64,000 nucleotides of DNA, from positions 14,150-78,149 of the forward strand of contig JAUWMR010000002.1 in assembly GCA_030613055.1 (NCBI GenBank), written 5' to 3'. The stretch is from Desulfobacteraceae bacterium (GTDB lineage Bacteria; Desulfobacterota; DSM-4660; Desulfatiglandales; Desulfatiglandaceae). Below, piece by piece: positions 7,651-17,432 of the stretch (within the stretch, counting starts at the first letter, position 1; the number at the start of each line of letters is the position of its first letter). The translations under genes and the position numbers were made by a program. The notes below the pieces were generated by a model. That model ran no database searches. It had not been told where the DNA came from and saw nothing but the letters and a program-made list of their open reading frames with translations.

Positions 7651-10017
7651 TTAAAAGGTTACGCCGTCTCCATTACCGGCATTTGCAAGCTTTACCACGC
7701 CTGTGACATCAAGAATCAGACCTACCCGACCGTTCGGCATAATAGCCCCGCCTGAGATGCCGGGCAAATTTTGCATTGCCTCCCCTAATGTCTTGATGAC
7801 TACCTGCTGCCTGTCGACCAGCTCATCAACAATCAGACCGGCCTGATTCCCGTCATTTTCAACAACTACTATGAGAGGCTGATCCTGGTCCTTTTCAGCG
7901 CCGTCTATATGGAACAGGTTGGCCAGTCTAAATAATGGAATGAGTTTTCCCTGGAGTGACAGCATCTCACCCCGGTTGAGCACAGTTGAAAGATCGGCTC
8001 GATCGGCCTTGACAGACGTGATGATTGAAAGGGTCGGAATGACGTATGTCTCGCAACCAACACGGGCAACCATTCCGTCAATAATTGCCAGGGTCAGTGG
8101 AAGTTTCATCTGAAAGACACTTCCCTTTCCGGGTTCTGATTGTATTTCTACCTGCCCGCGCAGCGACTCGATGTTTCTCCTGACTACATCCATCCCTACA
8201 CCACGGCCTGATACCTCAGTGACTGTCTTGGCAGTTGAAAAACCCGGCTCGAAGATAAGGCTGAAGACCTCACGGTCGCTGAGAGAGTCTCCATCGCTTA
8301 TAAGCCCTTTTTCCAGGGCCTTGGCGAGGATCACATCGCGGTCTATGCCTTTCCCGTCGTCTTTTATCTCAACAACAACACTGCCGGCAGAATGATACGC
8401 GGATAATTTCACCCTGCCGTGTTCAGGCTTTCCGTTTTTCCTCCTGACCTCGGGCGGCTCAATACCATGATCCACTGAATTACGAACCATATGAACGAGG
8501 GGATCTTTGATGGCATCTGCCATGTTGCGGTCAATTTCAGTGTCTTCGCCTTCGGTGACAAAATCAATGGTTTTACCGGTGTTACGGGCCAGGTCCCTTA
8601 CCAGCCGGGTCATTTTCTGGAAAGTCGATTTTAAGGGAACCATCCTCATGGACATGCTCATATCCTGCAGTTCACGGACAATTTTGTTTGTGTGGGCGAC
8701 CTTTTTTAAGAGGTCATGGTGGTTGTTGTTGACAACTACTTGGTCCTGGGCCACCATCGAGTGTGCGATCACCAGTTCTCCCACCATGTCAATCAACTGG
8801 TCTAACCGGTCCGTACTCACGCGAACTGATGCCTGGACTGTCTTTTTGGCGTCTTTCATCTGGCGCTGAGTTCGAAGGGCCTGGCCAACATCCTTTACTG
8901 AGGCGGCCTTTGATTCTACAAGCGCCTCACCGATTGGTTTATCAGGATAGGCGGCTGCGGCCTTTTCCAATTCCTCACGGTCAACTTTATCCTGGGCTAT
9001 CAGGATATCACCGAGACGAGGTTCGTCTGCGGCCTTTTCCACACTCTCCCTGTCAACCTTGCCCTGGGCCACAAGGATATCGCCGACCCGGAGCTCAGAG
9101 GTCTCTATAGTTTTGTCGGATATGCCGGCTGCCTCCGGGTTTGCCAGAATGCCCATTAAGTCATCGTAGCCATCCGGTTTTGTAAGAGGCTCGCCGTTTA
9201 AGGCGTCCTGGACAGAGTCGATGAGATATTTGATCATATCAAGGGAACGGAGCGCCAGGTCGGCATACCCTCCGGCATAGCGTATTTCATTGTTGCGGAC
9301 ACGACTCAAAAGAGACTCCGCGTGATGGGCTATTTCCGAAAGGAGTGTGATTTCAAGAAACGCGGAATTCCCCTTAATAGTATGAAAGGCACGGAAAACG
9401 GTTCCTATAGACTCTGTATCTTCCGGATTGGTCTCAAGCGTTAATAACGCTTCTTCCGCGCTTGCGATCAGGTCTATGCCTTCAGTGATAAACTCACTCA
9501 TTAGATCAATGTCCACGTCCTCAGGCATGTAATTTGGCCGCGGATCATCAGCAACTGACCGGTCCGCCTGCTCCGGTGCGGGTACTGCGGGCAGCGATTC
9601 GTCATCGTCTGAAACTGCCTCTGAAGGGTTCTCATCATCGTGATCCGTGGTCGGATCTTCCGGGGCATGTTTTTCATCATGGGGAACAGGGTCCCCGGGG
9701 GAACTGCTCTCCTTTTTGTATGTTTGTTCCTCTACCGCATTCATAGCGATTTCAATAAGGTCGCCAACCTGTGTAACCGCGGAGTCCGGGTCAGGGACAT
9801 CTCTCCTAATTATGTTTTCAACAATTTCTATGGCCCGGACAATATTTTCCCTGCAGTTTTCACAGCAGGATTCATCGCCCGCAATATTTTCCAGTGATTC
9901 ATGCAATTCAGCCAGGCCCGGAATATCATCCGGATCAAGTTGAATAAGAAGGGCCGCGGCATCATTCAGGGTAGAGTTTTTTACTGCCTGTACGATCCTG
10001 TCATCTTTTTTGCTCAT
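7651..10017 (-). CDS. cheA: Chemotaxis histidine kinase CheA (atypical N-terminal half)
   Basis: 788 aa. HPt motif FRAFHTIKGNSAF, dimerisation segment (VRVSTDRLDQLIDMVGELVI), HATPase (DHGIE...DDGKGID...GRGVGMDVV) and a C-terminal CheW-like domain. Confidence 0.95.
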   Translation of the reverse strand: MSKKDDRIVQAVKNSTLNDAAALLIQLDPDDIPGLAELHESLENIAGDESCCENCRENIVRAIEIVENIIRRDVPDPDSAVTQVGDLIEIAMNAVEEQTYKKESSSPGDPVPHDEKHAPEDPTTDHDDENPSEAVSDDDESLPAVPAPEQADRSVADDPRPNYMPEDVDIDLMSEFITEGIDLIASAEEALLTLETNPEDTESIGTVFRAFHTIKGNSAFLEITLLSEIAHHAESLLSRVRNNEIRYAGGYADLALRSLDMIKYLIDSVQDALNGEPLTKPDGYDDLMGILANPEAAGISDKTIETSELRVGDILVAQGKVDRESVEKAADEPRLGDILIAQDKVDREELEKAAAAYPDKPIGEALVESKAASVKDVGQALRTQRQMKDAKKTVQASVRVSTDRLDQLIDMVGELVIAHSMVAQDQVVVNNNHHDLLKKVAHTNKIVRELQDMSMSMRMVPLKSTFQKMTRLVRDLARNTGKTIDFVTEGEDTEIDRNMADAIKDPLVHMVRNSVDHGIEPPEVRRKNGKPEHGRVKLSAYHSAGSVVVEIKDDGKGIDRDVILAKALEKGLISDGDSLSDREVFSLIFEPGFSTAKTVTEVSGRGVGMDVVRRNIESLRGQVEIQSEPGKGSVFQMKLPLTLAIIDGMVARVGCETYVIPTLSIITSVKADRADLSTVLNRGEMLSLQGKLIPLFRLANLFHIDGAEKDQDQPLIVVVENDGNQAGLIVDELVDRQQVVIKTLGEAMQNLPGISGGAIMPNGRVGLILDVTGVVKLANAGNGDGVTF

Positions 10018-10061
10018 GTTTAGTCCCCGCCATTTTCACATTTCACCTGTTTTTGTTTCAA

Positions 10062-10562
10062 TCAGATTTCATTAGAGACAACCATCCCGCTTTGATCACT
10101 GTGTTGCATCCTGCCAGACCGGTAATAGATTACATTAGAGGACGCCAAATTATTCAATAAGGCTAAAGATCCCCTGACGAGTTCAAGGGAATGGGTAATC
10201 AATGACCTGTTGTTGTGATTAATTTCCTGGATACTCTGTACTAATGACAGAAGATTTGAATAACAGTACTTCAATCGAGAGGAGTAGGGTTCTTCTATTA
10301 GCTGAGATATTTTACTCATGGTGAGATCACGAGACCGGTATCCCAGATGATTGGCCAGTCTTATAAGCATTCTCGATCTTTCTTCTTCCAGGATTCGAAT
10401 CTTAAGGAACAGACTCTCTTTTTCTTTTGTGGTTTCATTTATTTCTTTAAGATCTGAAATAACGACCGCTTTTTTCTCTTTCTGGAGGATGCTAAGCAAT
10501 GTTTGAAAAAGACCGTTTTCTCCTTCGATCAGACTTATAAAATTATTTAATAACAAATCCAT
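10062..10562 (-). CDS. flgN: FlgN-family flagellar export chaperone (probable)
   Basis: Helical ~166-aa protein (MDLLLNNFISLIEGENGLFQTLLSILQKEKKAVV...) with FlgN-like size and composition, near flgM. Start moved from the GTG at 10571 to the ATG at 10562. Confidence 0.55.
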   Translation of the reverse strand: MDLLLNNFISLIEGENGLFQTLLSILQKEKKAVVISDLKEINETTKEKESLFLKIRILEEERSRMLIRLANHLGYRSRDLTMSKISQLIEEPYSSRLKYCYSNLLSLVQSIQEINHNNRSLITHSLELVRGSLALLNNLASSNVIYYRSGRMQHSDQSGMVVSNEI

Positions 10563-10648
10563 TTTGATCACCAGTCCAGGTACAAGTTAGTTCGTTTCGT
10601 TCATCCCCGCTGAAACAGCGGGGGGAATATTGGAATACTGGTTTGTTT

Positions 10649-11052
10649 GTAACTACACAGGTATTTATTAGACAGGATAACAGGATTAACTTGATTTTTT
10701 TGTATTCCTGTAAATCCTTTAGATATCCTGATAGACCGTTCCTTGCTTTATGTGTAATTGTTTTGGTTAAACCCTTCTATTATAATCTGGTTTAACCCGC
10801 TCTCCCCATTGGTCGGAAATTATTTTAAATATTCATTTCATATTTAAGAAAAACGCAAAGAGGATATATTAAATTCCTTATTCGGAGTTTGTTTGTAAGG
10901 TATATTACCAGGATATTTTATTTGATTTACAGGATTATTACAATAAAGGCTTGTTTGTGACTTAATAAAAATAGGTTCCTGTTTATCGTTGCCTGCCCCG
11001 CGGAACGCGGGGTTATCCTGTCTAAATAAAAAAGAGATACCTGAATAGTAAC
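10649..11052. mobile_element. MITE-like element, family A, copy 2 (~404 bp)
   Basis: Same orientation as, and alignable with, 685..1074. Flanked by a perfect 8-bp direct repeat GTTTGTTT (10641..10648 and 11053..11060). Lies in the flgM-flgN spacer. Confidence 0.75.
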
Positions 11053-11065
11053 GTTTGTTTAACCA

Positions 11066-11374
11066 TTACAGCAGTTCATTTAGAAGAGATTCCTTTATCA
11101 TCTTTTGGGCAATCTTTTTTGCATCAATTTTATATGTTCCATTTTCGATCTGCTCTTTTATCCGTGCCACCTTTTCTTCCTGGATATCGGGAACGGAATC
11201 TAAGAGCTTTTTTGCCTCCTGAATCTCTTTCGCCCTTGGGGACAGCACAACCTTATCGGATTTGGGAATTTCTTTAGGGGCCTGTCCGGATGAGGCATCT
11301 ATCTTTTTTTTGTCCTTAATATTTTTGACATATGCCTCTAAATTAACAGATGGGTCTTTCCCCGTGATTTTCAT
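11066..11374 (-). CDS. flgM: Anti-sigma-28 factor FlgM
   Basis: 102 aa. C-terminal EEKVARIKEQIENGTYKIDAKKIAQKMI is the characteristic FlgM sigma-28-binding region. Confidence 0.8.
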   Translation of the reverse strand: MKITGKDPSVNLEAYVKNIKDKKKIDASSGQAPKEIPKSDKVVLSPRAKEIQEAKKLLDSVPDIQEEKVARIKEQIENGTYKIDAKKIAQKMIKESLLNELL

Positions 11375-11436
11375 TAGTTAAGCCTCCTGTATTACCGGCT
11401 GGTTTTATTTATTTCGATTATCTCCAATCATGTACT

Positions 11437-11464
11437 CTATCGGCATAATATGGAAAAAACTTAA
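11437..11464 (-). promoter_or_regulatory. Sigma-28 (FliA)-type promoter candidate upstream of flgM
   Basis: The minus strand reads TTAAG-N15-GCCGATAG (consensus TAAA-N15-GCCGATAA). The -10 element lies ~60 nt upstream of the flgM ATG. Confidence 0.55.
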
Positions 11465-11470
11465 ATTTAT

Positions 11471-11845
11471 TTATTTGGTCCTGTTTGGCTTTTCAACCTG
11501 TTCCGACCTGCCCGTGAGCTGATCACGAATGATGGAAGCGAGACCAAGCCCTCCCTTTAAGGAAATTTCTTTTGCTAATTGAGAATCCATTATGGATGTA
11601 TAGATTTCTTCAGCCTTCCCACCGCTCATGAACCCTGACTTGGGTATGGTGGCCCGCATTTCTTTAAGAAGGATGTAAATAAAAAGAGACTCAAAGCCGG
11701 AACACGCTTCCTCAAGTTGAGCATTGCTTTTTAAATCCGAAGTGGTCTTGCCGGATTCCGGAGAATTCCTGACAGTTTGCATCTTACTGGTCGCGTTTGT
11801 GTTCTGGCACGGTATGGCTGGTAAAAATACTGGGTCTGGCATCAT
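11471..11845 (-). CDS. flgJ: Rod-binding protein (FlgJ N-terminal domain type, no muramidase domain)
   Basis: 124 aa. FESLFIYILLKEMRATIP...MDSQLAKEIS matches the rod-binding domain pattern. 4-nt overlap with flgI. Confidence 0.75.
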   Translation of the reverse strand: MMPDPVFLPAIPCQNTNATSKMQTVRNSPESGKTTSDLKSNAQLEEACSGFESLFIYILLKEMRATIPKSGFMSGGKAEEIYTSIMDSQLAKEISLKGGLGLASIIRDQLTGRSEQVEKPNRTK

Positions 11846-12972
11846 ATTACCTCTAATGTCGCCATAAGAGCGCCTGCCGCCTTGATGGACTGCAGGATGG
11901 CGATCAGGTCCCGGGGGGTTACCCCGAGCGCATTCAATGCCCTCACGACCTTTCCGATACTCACCCCGGATTTAACCAAAAAGATCGGGCTTTTTCCCTC
12001 TTTTACCATGATGTTTGTGTCAGGGACCTGTACGGTCTGACCCTGTGAGAAAGGAAGCGGCTGGGAAACATCTGCACTTTCCTTGACCTGGATACTGATG
12101 TTTCCGTGAGCAATTGCGATAGTTGAGATCCTGACATTTTCCCCCATAACTACAGTTCCGGTTCTTTCGTTAATCACGACTTTGGACACTGTGTCCGGTG
12201 TGACCCCCAGTCCTTCTATCAGGGCGACAAATTCGACAATTTTTCCTGAATATTTTTCAGGAACCTTGACCTTAACAGTCCCTGCATCGGGGGGTTCGGC
12301 TAATTGAGCATATAAGGCCATATTGATTGCCTCGGCCATACGAGAGGCAGTTGTAAAATCAGGGTTGTGTAAGGCTAAGTATAAGGTGTCCTTGTTGTTA
12401 AAAAAAGGTTGTATCTTCCTCTCCACGATGGCGCCGCTTACAACCCTTCCCACAGTAGGGAAATTCTTCTGGACGCTGGCGCCCTGTCCCCCTGCAGAAA
12501 ATCCGCCTGTGCTGACCGGCCCCTGGGCAACGGCATAAACCTGTCCGTCTGCTCCCTTTAGGGGAGAGAAAAGCAATGTTCCCCCCTGGAGGTTTGTTGC
12601 ATCGCCTATTGAGCTGACAAGGACATCGAGCCTGCTGCCCACCCTTGAAAATGGCGGGAGATTAGCAGTGAGCATTACGGCGGCGACATTATTGACCTTT
12701 ATATCTGCGGTATTAACCGTTACTCCCATCTTTTCCAGCATGCTCGCCATGGATTGAATGGTGAATTTTGAATTTTGACCATCTCCTGTTCCATCCAGAC
12801 CGACGACTAATCCGTATCCAATCAACTTGTTCAGCCGGACCCCTTCAATATCTGCGATGTCTTTGATCCGGACGGCATGAACTTGTGCAGCAAAAAGGAA
12901 CAGGATTGAGAGTATTATTCCGAATCCCGGAAGTATTCTTTTATATGTGTAAAACAAAAAGGAAAATCTCAT
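11842..12972 (-). CDS. flgI: Flagellar P-ring protein FlgI
   Basis: 376 aa. Signal peptide, then IKDIADIEGVRLNKLIGYGLVVGLDGTGD and a C-terminal ...LNALGVTPRDLIAILQSIKAAGAL. Confidence 0.95.
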   Translation of the reverse strand: MRFSFLFYTYKRILPGFGIILSILFLFAAQVHAVRIKDIADIEGVRLNKLIGYGLVVGLDGTGDGQNSKFTIQSMASMLEKMGVTVNTADIKVNNVAAVMLTANLPPFSRVGSRLDVLVSSIGDATNLQGGTLLFSPLKGADGQVYAVAQGPVSTGGFSAGGQGASVQKNFPTVGRVVSGAIVERKIQPFFNNKDTLYLALHNPDFTTASRMAEAINMALYAQLAEPPDAGTVKVKVPEKYSGKIVEFVALIEGLGVTPDTVSKVVINERTGTVVMGENVRISTIAIAHGNISIQVKESADVSQPLPFSQGQTVQVPDTNIMVKEGKSPIFLVKSGVSIGKVVRALNALGVTPRDLIAILQSIKAAGALMATLEVI

Positions 12973-13084
12973 TTTTTACTCGCTTGCCGTAGTTAGCGAT
13001 TGACAGTTTGCGAACTTTGCTTTAGGGATCAAACGGAATCCTTCCTCCAGTCAATTTTGATGCACTCGAAAAAAGTCAAAATCA

Positions 13085-13126
13085 CGTCACTCCCGCGAAG
13101 AGCTTGCCCCAGCGAAGGGAGGGGCG
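13085..13126. repeat. REP-like palindromic unit (inverted copy of the 4637..4683 type)
   Basis: cgtcactcccgcgaagagcttgccccagcgaagggaggggcg in the flgH-flgI spacer. Confidence 0.7.
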
Positions 13127-13138
13127 AAAATCGAACAT

Positions 13139-13888
13139 CTAAAACGGCCAGATCTTGTTGAGTATATTTGCCAGCCAGCCTGGACGCTGCCGGTCATCAA
13201 CTACCCCTGTTCCGCTATATGCGATCCTGGCATCAGAGATATAGGTGGACAGGATTATATTATCAGGAGAAATATCTCTGGGCCGGATGATGCCGGTCAG
13301 TGATATAAACTGTGTCTCGCTGTTTACCATTATCTCCCTGGAACCAGCGATTTTCAGGTTCCCGTTTGGAAATACTTTAGTCACTCTTGCGGTGATATAA
13401 GCAGTCATGGTTCCATCTCTGGTGGTTGCCCCGTCCCCTTTGAAGGCGCTCTGAAGGCTGCCCTTTACCGCTACTTTCCCTGCTTTGTTAAATACGCTGA
13501 GGTATTTGCTGTAATGGGGGTATCTGTCCGGATACCAGTCTTCCATGCCAAAAAGCTGGTCTATGCCGGCGGTCAGGGAGGATTCCCTGCTGGTACCGGT
13601 ATTGGCATTATTCGAAGCACTTGAGGATTCAACAATGCTGATCGTTACGATATCCCCTACCTTTCTGGCCTTGGGATTCATAAACAGGTCCCCTAAAGGG
13701 CTGGCTTCCTTCCATAGAGATCCCTCATGCACTACCTGCGGTTTTTGCACGGCCTTATGACGAATAGCCTCTATTTTTGGCTTCGTTTCCTTATGACGGG
13801 CAGCACAGCCGAAAAGGGTTATGAAAAGGAAGCAGGAACAAGAGCCATAAATAAGAAAGCTTGAGAACCTAATGTGTTTGAAAGACAT
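13139..13888 (-). CDS. flgH: Flagellar L-ring lipoprotein FlgH
   Basis: 249 aa. Lipobox-like LFGCA, then SLW...LFMNPKARKVGDIVTI...GNLKIAGSREIMVNSETQFISLTGIIRPRDI. Confidence 0.95.
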   Translation of the reverse strand: MSFKHIRFSSFLIYGSCSCFLFITLFGCAARHKETKPKIEAIRHKAVQKPQVVHEGSLWKEASPLGDLFMNPKARKVGDIVTISIVESSSASNNANTGTSRESSLTAGIDQLFGMEDWYPDRYPHYSKYLSVFNKAGKVAVKGSLQSAFKGDGATTRDGTMTAYITARVTKVFPNGNLKIAGSREIMVNSETQFISLTGIIRPRDISPDNIILSTYISDARIAYSGTGVVDDRQRPGWLANILNKIWPF

Positions 13889-13899
13889 TTTTTTTACCT

Positions 13900-14916
13900 C
13901 TAAAAATCTACCTTTACTGTATTTGAATCAAGTACGCGCGCGTATATCATCTTATTTGAGTCAAGATTTACAACCTTGATCCTCTCACCTCTACAGCCTC
14001 TTTTTTTTACTTTTCCACGCGTGGTAATTCTCAGGCCATCGGATTCCGCAATGATCAGCACCACGTCTCCGCGCCTTACCAGAGGAGGAAATTCAATGAG
14101 ATCGGTTCTTAAAACCGTTTTTGAATTAACTGTCCTTTTCATTCTCTTGCCAATGACCTCTTCAAGGTCAGTAATGACATTGGAAGGCAAATTTGCCAGA
14201 TCCATTGTTTGCAAATGAATATCATCTTCTGTTATAAGCCTATATCTTCCCATGGGTCTTTTTGTGACAACCACTTCTATCAGCATCTCAATGTTGACAG
14301 TTGCCCAGACCTTCTTTTGAAATTTTCCATTTACATCGAAAAATATGGACAGGGGTATCGTACAGAATGACTCTATGCTCTTAGGAGGGACAACCCTATA
14401 TGTAATGTTCCCTTTAGGGAGAATTAACCCGTGACTTACTTGAATTTTTTTTATCTTTACCCTGTTTTTCTTAAAGGGGATACGCTGTATGATAAAATCC
14501 GAAGCAATTTTTTCAATTTCCTCTTTTGTAATCTCGATAGAGGCCCTGAATACTTCGATTTTGCCGGGGATATGCAGCTTGATTTGAGACAGGTTAATGT
14601 CATTTTGTTTTAAACGGAGTTTGATATAGTCTTCATCAATCCGGCGTGACTTGCCCGGCAGGGGGGCTTTTCCAATGACAATGGCATGGATTTTTCGAAC
14701 CAGATTCCGGTCTTCACCCGTGATCTCGGCAATTTTTCCCAACAATATTTGTTCTGTTTCAACGGTTGTGTTTTTAAAAATTCTGATAGTGGCTGTATTT
14801 GCCAGGGCTGAATGAACCGGCACTCCCCACAGGAAATATGAGATCGCAAAACAGAAAAAGACGAAAAAAACAGTTCCTTGATTTCGAACTTCAAATTTTG
14901 GCTTTTTCATCGGCAT
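13900..14916 (-). CDS. flgA: Flagellar P-ring assembly chaperone FlgA (long form)
   Basis: 338 aa. C-terminal RGDVVLIIAESDGLRITTRGKVKKRGCRGERIKVVNLDSNKMIYARV is FlgA-like. Position between flgG and flgH. Confidence 0.8.
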   Translation of the reverse strand: MPMKKPKFEVRNQGTVFFVFFCFAISYFLWGVPVHSALANTATIRIFKNTTVETEQILLGKIAEITGEDRNLVRKIHAIVIGKAPLPGKSRRIDEDYIKLRLKQNDINLSQIKLHIPGKIEVFRASIEITKEEIEKIASDFIIQRIPFKKNRVKIKKIQVSHGLILPKGNITYRVVPPKSIESFCTIPLSIFFDVNGKFQKKVWATVNIEMLIEVVVTKRPMGRYRLITEDDIHLQTMDLANLPSNVITDLEEVIGKRMKRTVNSKTVLRTDLIEFPPLVRRGDVVLIIAESDGLRITTRGKVKKRGCRGERIKVVNLDSNKMIYARVLDSNTVKVDF

Positions 14917-14919
14917 ATC

Positions 14920-15708
14920 TTACCTCTTTATGTTGTTTGCAATCTGTAACATGTCATCGGCGGTTTGAATTGCCTTGCTGTTGATCTCATAAGCCCTCTG
15001 GGCGATAATCATATTCACCATTTCTTCAATCACGCTAACATTTGACATCTCTAAGTATCCCTGGGCTATTGTCCCGAAGCCGTTTTCACCGGCGGTTCCT
15101 GTGATAGTATCACCTGATGCCGATGTGGGAAGGTACAGGTTCCTGCCGATGCTCTTCAATCCGGCAGGATTGATAAACCTTGCAAGCTGAATGGTTCCGA
15201 TCTCGCTGGGCTGTGTCCCTCCGGCCTGTAAGACCGAGACTGTTCCGTCTGTTCCGATGGAGACCGCGATTGTATCAGAGGGGATAGAGAGTTCCGGTTC
15301 AATCAGAAACCCATCAGATGTGACGATCCTTCCCTCGCTGTCCAACTTAAATGCCCCTGCCCTTGAATAGGCAACTTCTCCATTGGGCTGTAAGATCTGA
15401 AAGAAGCCGTCGCCCTCAATGGCAATGTCCAGCTCATTCTGGGTATGCTGGAAATCTCCCTGGAGAAAAATCTTCTGGACGGCAGCAGGTCTTGTCCCCT
15501 GGCCTATTTGAATTCCGGTAGGCACCTGGGTTTCTTCCGAAGAGGCAACCCCCGGCTGGCGGAGGGTCTCATATAATAAGTCCTGAAAATCGGCACGACT
15601 CCTTTTAAAACCGGTTGTATTTACATTTGCGAGATTGTTTGCAATAACATCAATATTTAATGTCTGCGCCGCCATCCCCGTTGCTGCTATCCATAAACTC
15701 CGTATCAT
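14920..15708 (-). CDS. flgG: Flagellar distal rod protein FlgG
   Basis: 262 aa. [35 protein letters not shown]... and C-terminal [25 protein letters not shown]. Confidence 0.95.
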   Translation of the reverse strand: MIRSLWIAATGMAAQTLNIDVIANNLANVNTTGFKRSRADFQDLLYETLRQPGVASSEETQVPTGIQIGQGTRPAAVQKIFLQGDFQHTQNELDIAIEGDGFFQILQPNGEVAYSRAGAFKLDSEGRIVTSDGFLIEPELSIPSDTIAVSIGTDGTVSVLQAGGTQPSEIGTIQLARFINPAGLKSIGRNLYLPTSASGDTITGTAGENGFGTIAQGYLEMSNVSVIEEMVNMIIAQRAYEINSKAIQTADDMLQIANNIKR

Positions 15709-15731
15709 TTTCCCCCCCTTATTATTTGTTA

Positions 15732-16502
15732 TTATGCCAACCTTGCGACCTCATTGATCGCTTTTGATGTTACATCATCAACGGATTTTATTACTTTTTG
15801 GTACGACTCATATGCCCTGAGCACCTCTATCATTTCTGTCATTACCCTTATGGCAACCACATTGGAGAGTTCGACAAATCCCTGGCTTATCTTGATTTCT
15901 TCGGCGTTATTTTCAATGACGCCTGGATCCATTAGGGCGAACATGGTGTCCCCAACCTTTTTCAAGGGGTAGGGTTTGGGGAAATCAACTATTTTAATGG
16001 TATCTGTCTGTTTTCCGTCTACCGTGATATTTCCTTTCGCATCAACAACAATATTCTGTCCGTCGATTTTTATTTCTCCACCGTTGCCCATAACTGTTAG
16101 ACCTTCCTGGGTGACCAGCATTCCTTCCTTATTAAGTGAAAAATTTCCTTTTCGTGTGTATTGAGTTCCTTCCGGCGTTTGAACGCAGAAAAAACCCTTT
16201 CCATTCAGGGCCAGATCAAGGGCATTGCCTGTATATTTTTGATGGCCTGGTGAAAAGTTGGTCATGGTCCCTTCAAATGCAACCTGGATGTTATTTAGCG
16301 GAGCTTGTTGCCCTCCGGAAATTAAAGTTACTTCCGGGGATCCTCCTTCGGGAGGCAGTGAACCAGGAAGATAGGACCTGAAAACTGTCCTGTCTTCTTT
16401 AAAACCTACGGTATTGATATTAGCCAGATTATTTGAAAGGACCTCCAATCTAATCTGTTGAACTATGGCCCCAGAAGCGGCTGTATATATCGATTCACTC
16501 AT
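15732..16502 (-). CDS. flgF: Flagellar proximal rod protein FlgF
   Basis: 256 aa. Rod-family N and C termini ([14 protein letters not shown]; [25 protein letters not shown]). Immediately upstream of flgG. Confidence 0.85.
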   Translation of the reverse strand: MSESIYTAASGAIVQQIRLEVLSNNLANINTVGFKEDRTVFRSYLPGSLPPEGGSPEVTLISGGQQAPLNNIQVAFEGTMTNFSPGHQKYTGNALDLALNGKGFFCVQTPEGTQYTRKGNFSLNKEGMLVTQEGLTVMGNGGEIKIDGQNIVVDAKGNITVDGKQTDTIKIVDFPKPYPLKKVGDTMFALMDPGVIENNAEEIKISQGFVELSNVVAIRVMTEMIEVLRAYESYQKVIKSVDDVTSKAINEVARLA

Positions 16503-16613
16503 ATTTAAATCTCCAGCGTGTGACCCGGTGCTATTTTTAAAGCGTTAACGTTGACGGTTTCATTAAAATTTTGCGAAAAAAAATAAAATATTGCATTTCA
16601 TACCTTAAAATAA

Positions 16614-16629
16614 TGCAAAAGACATACCA
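16614..16629 (-). promoter_or_regulatory. Sigma-54 (-24/-12) promoter candidate upstream of flgF
   Basis: The minus strand reads CTGGTATGTCTTTTGCAT (consensus TGGCAC-N5-TTGCW, with correct GG/GC spacing). ~110 nt upstream of the flgF ATG. Confidence 0.6.
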
Positions 16630-16842
16630 GGTATCATTGTTATGCGGTATAATTTCATCCTGGCTGATGCTTTTGCGCACAAATAACTGGATAACCTTTC
16701 TACTATTAGCTCAACCAGTGTCTGCCATGTTATATAAATATGGTTTTGGCAATACCTGAAGCCTGTTTAAACAACACTGAATAAATATTGCGCATAAGAG
16801 CGGCATTATACGGGCAATTTTTTCCCCTTCTTCCATTTTTGC

Positions 16843-17358
16843 CTATTGACGGCCTGATGCCGTATGCCTGATATGTAAAGGAGTCGGTACTTCCTCATTA
16901 TGCATTTTCTTCTTAAGCTTAACTAAAAGTTCAATTTCACCCTTAGGTATTTTTGTTTTTTTTGAGATTTCTCCAGCCTTCAGACCCAGATCAACCATCC
17001 TGATGACCTCTTCATGGCGCCCGGTCAATGGTTCATTACCGGCCTGGTTTTTTAACTCTAAGCTGAAAGACTTGCTCCCGTTTTGATTTTTTGTATCTTC
17101 TACCAACTCCTTCAAAACCCGGCGCTCTTTGTTTATGGTGGCAATAATAGCATCAAACGACTTCCCGGATTGTTGTTTCAATAACTGAAATATAAGCGCA
17201 TCATTAAACATGCCGGGATTTCCCTTTTTTGCATATTCCCGGGCACTTTTATTGCTTTTGAATTTGATTATTATAAGACATATAACTGTAATGACGCAAA
17301 GGCATAGACCGGTTATATCAATCACTGTCTCCCAGAAATCAAATGTCAGATATGCCAT
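16843..17358 (-). CDS. Membrane-anchored protein with C-terminal HTH-like segment (DUF2802-like by recollection)
   Basis: 171 aa. One N-terminal TM helix (IDITGLCLCVITVICLIII). C-terminal EEVIRMVDLGLKAGEISKKTKIPKGEIELLVKLKKK resembles the DUF2802 proteins of flagellar loci. Family assignment not verified. Confidence 0.5.
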   Translation of the reverse strand: MAYLTFDFWETVIDITGLCLCVITVICLIIIKFKSNKSAREYAKKGNPGMFNDALIFQLLKQQSGKSFDAIIATINKERRVLKELVEDTKNQNGSKSFSLELKNQAGNEPLTGRHEEVIRMVDLGLKAGEISKKTKIPKGEIELLVKLKKKMHNEEVPTPLHIRHTASGRQ

Positions 17359-17432
17359 TTTAAACTCCTTGCCCTGAACCGGTCATATAGAGTTCCAGCC
17401 AAAGATTTTTGTTAAAATCATGATCTGAAACG

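Noticed and set aside
16571-16759. Plus-strand 62-aa ORF in the flgF upstream region.
   Set aside because: It starts at a non-ATG codon, overlaps the sigma-54 promoter candidate, and has a hydrophobic low-complexity sequence with no support.
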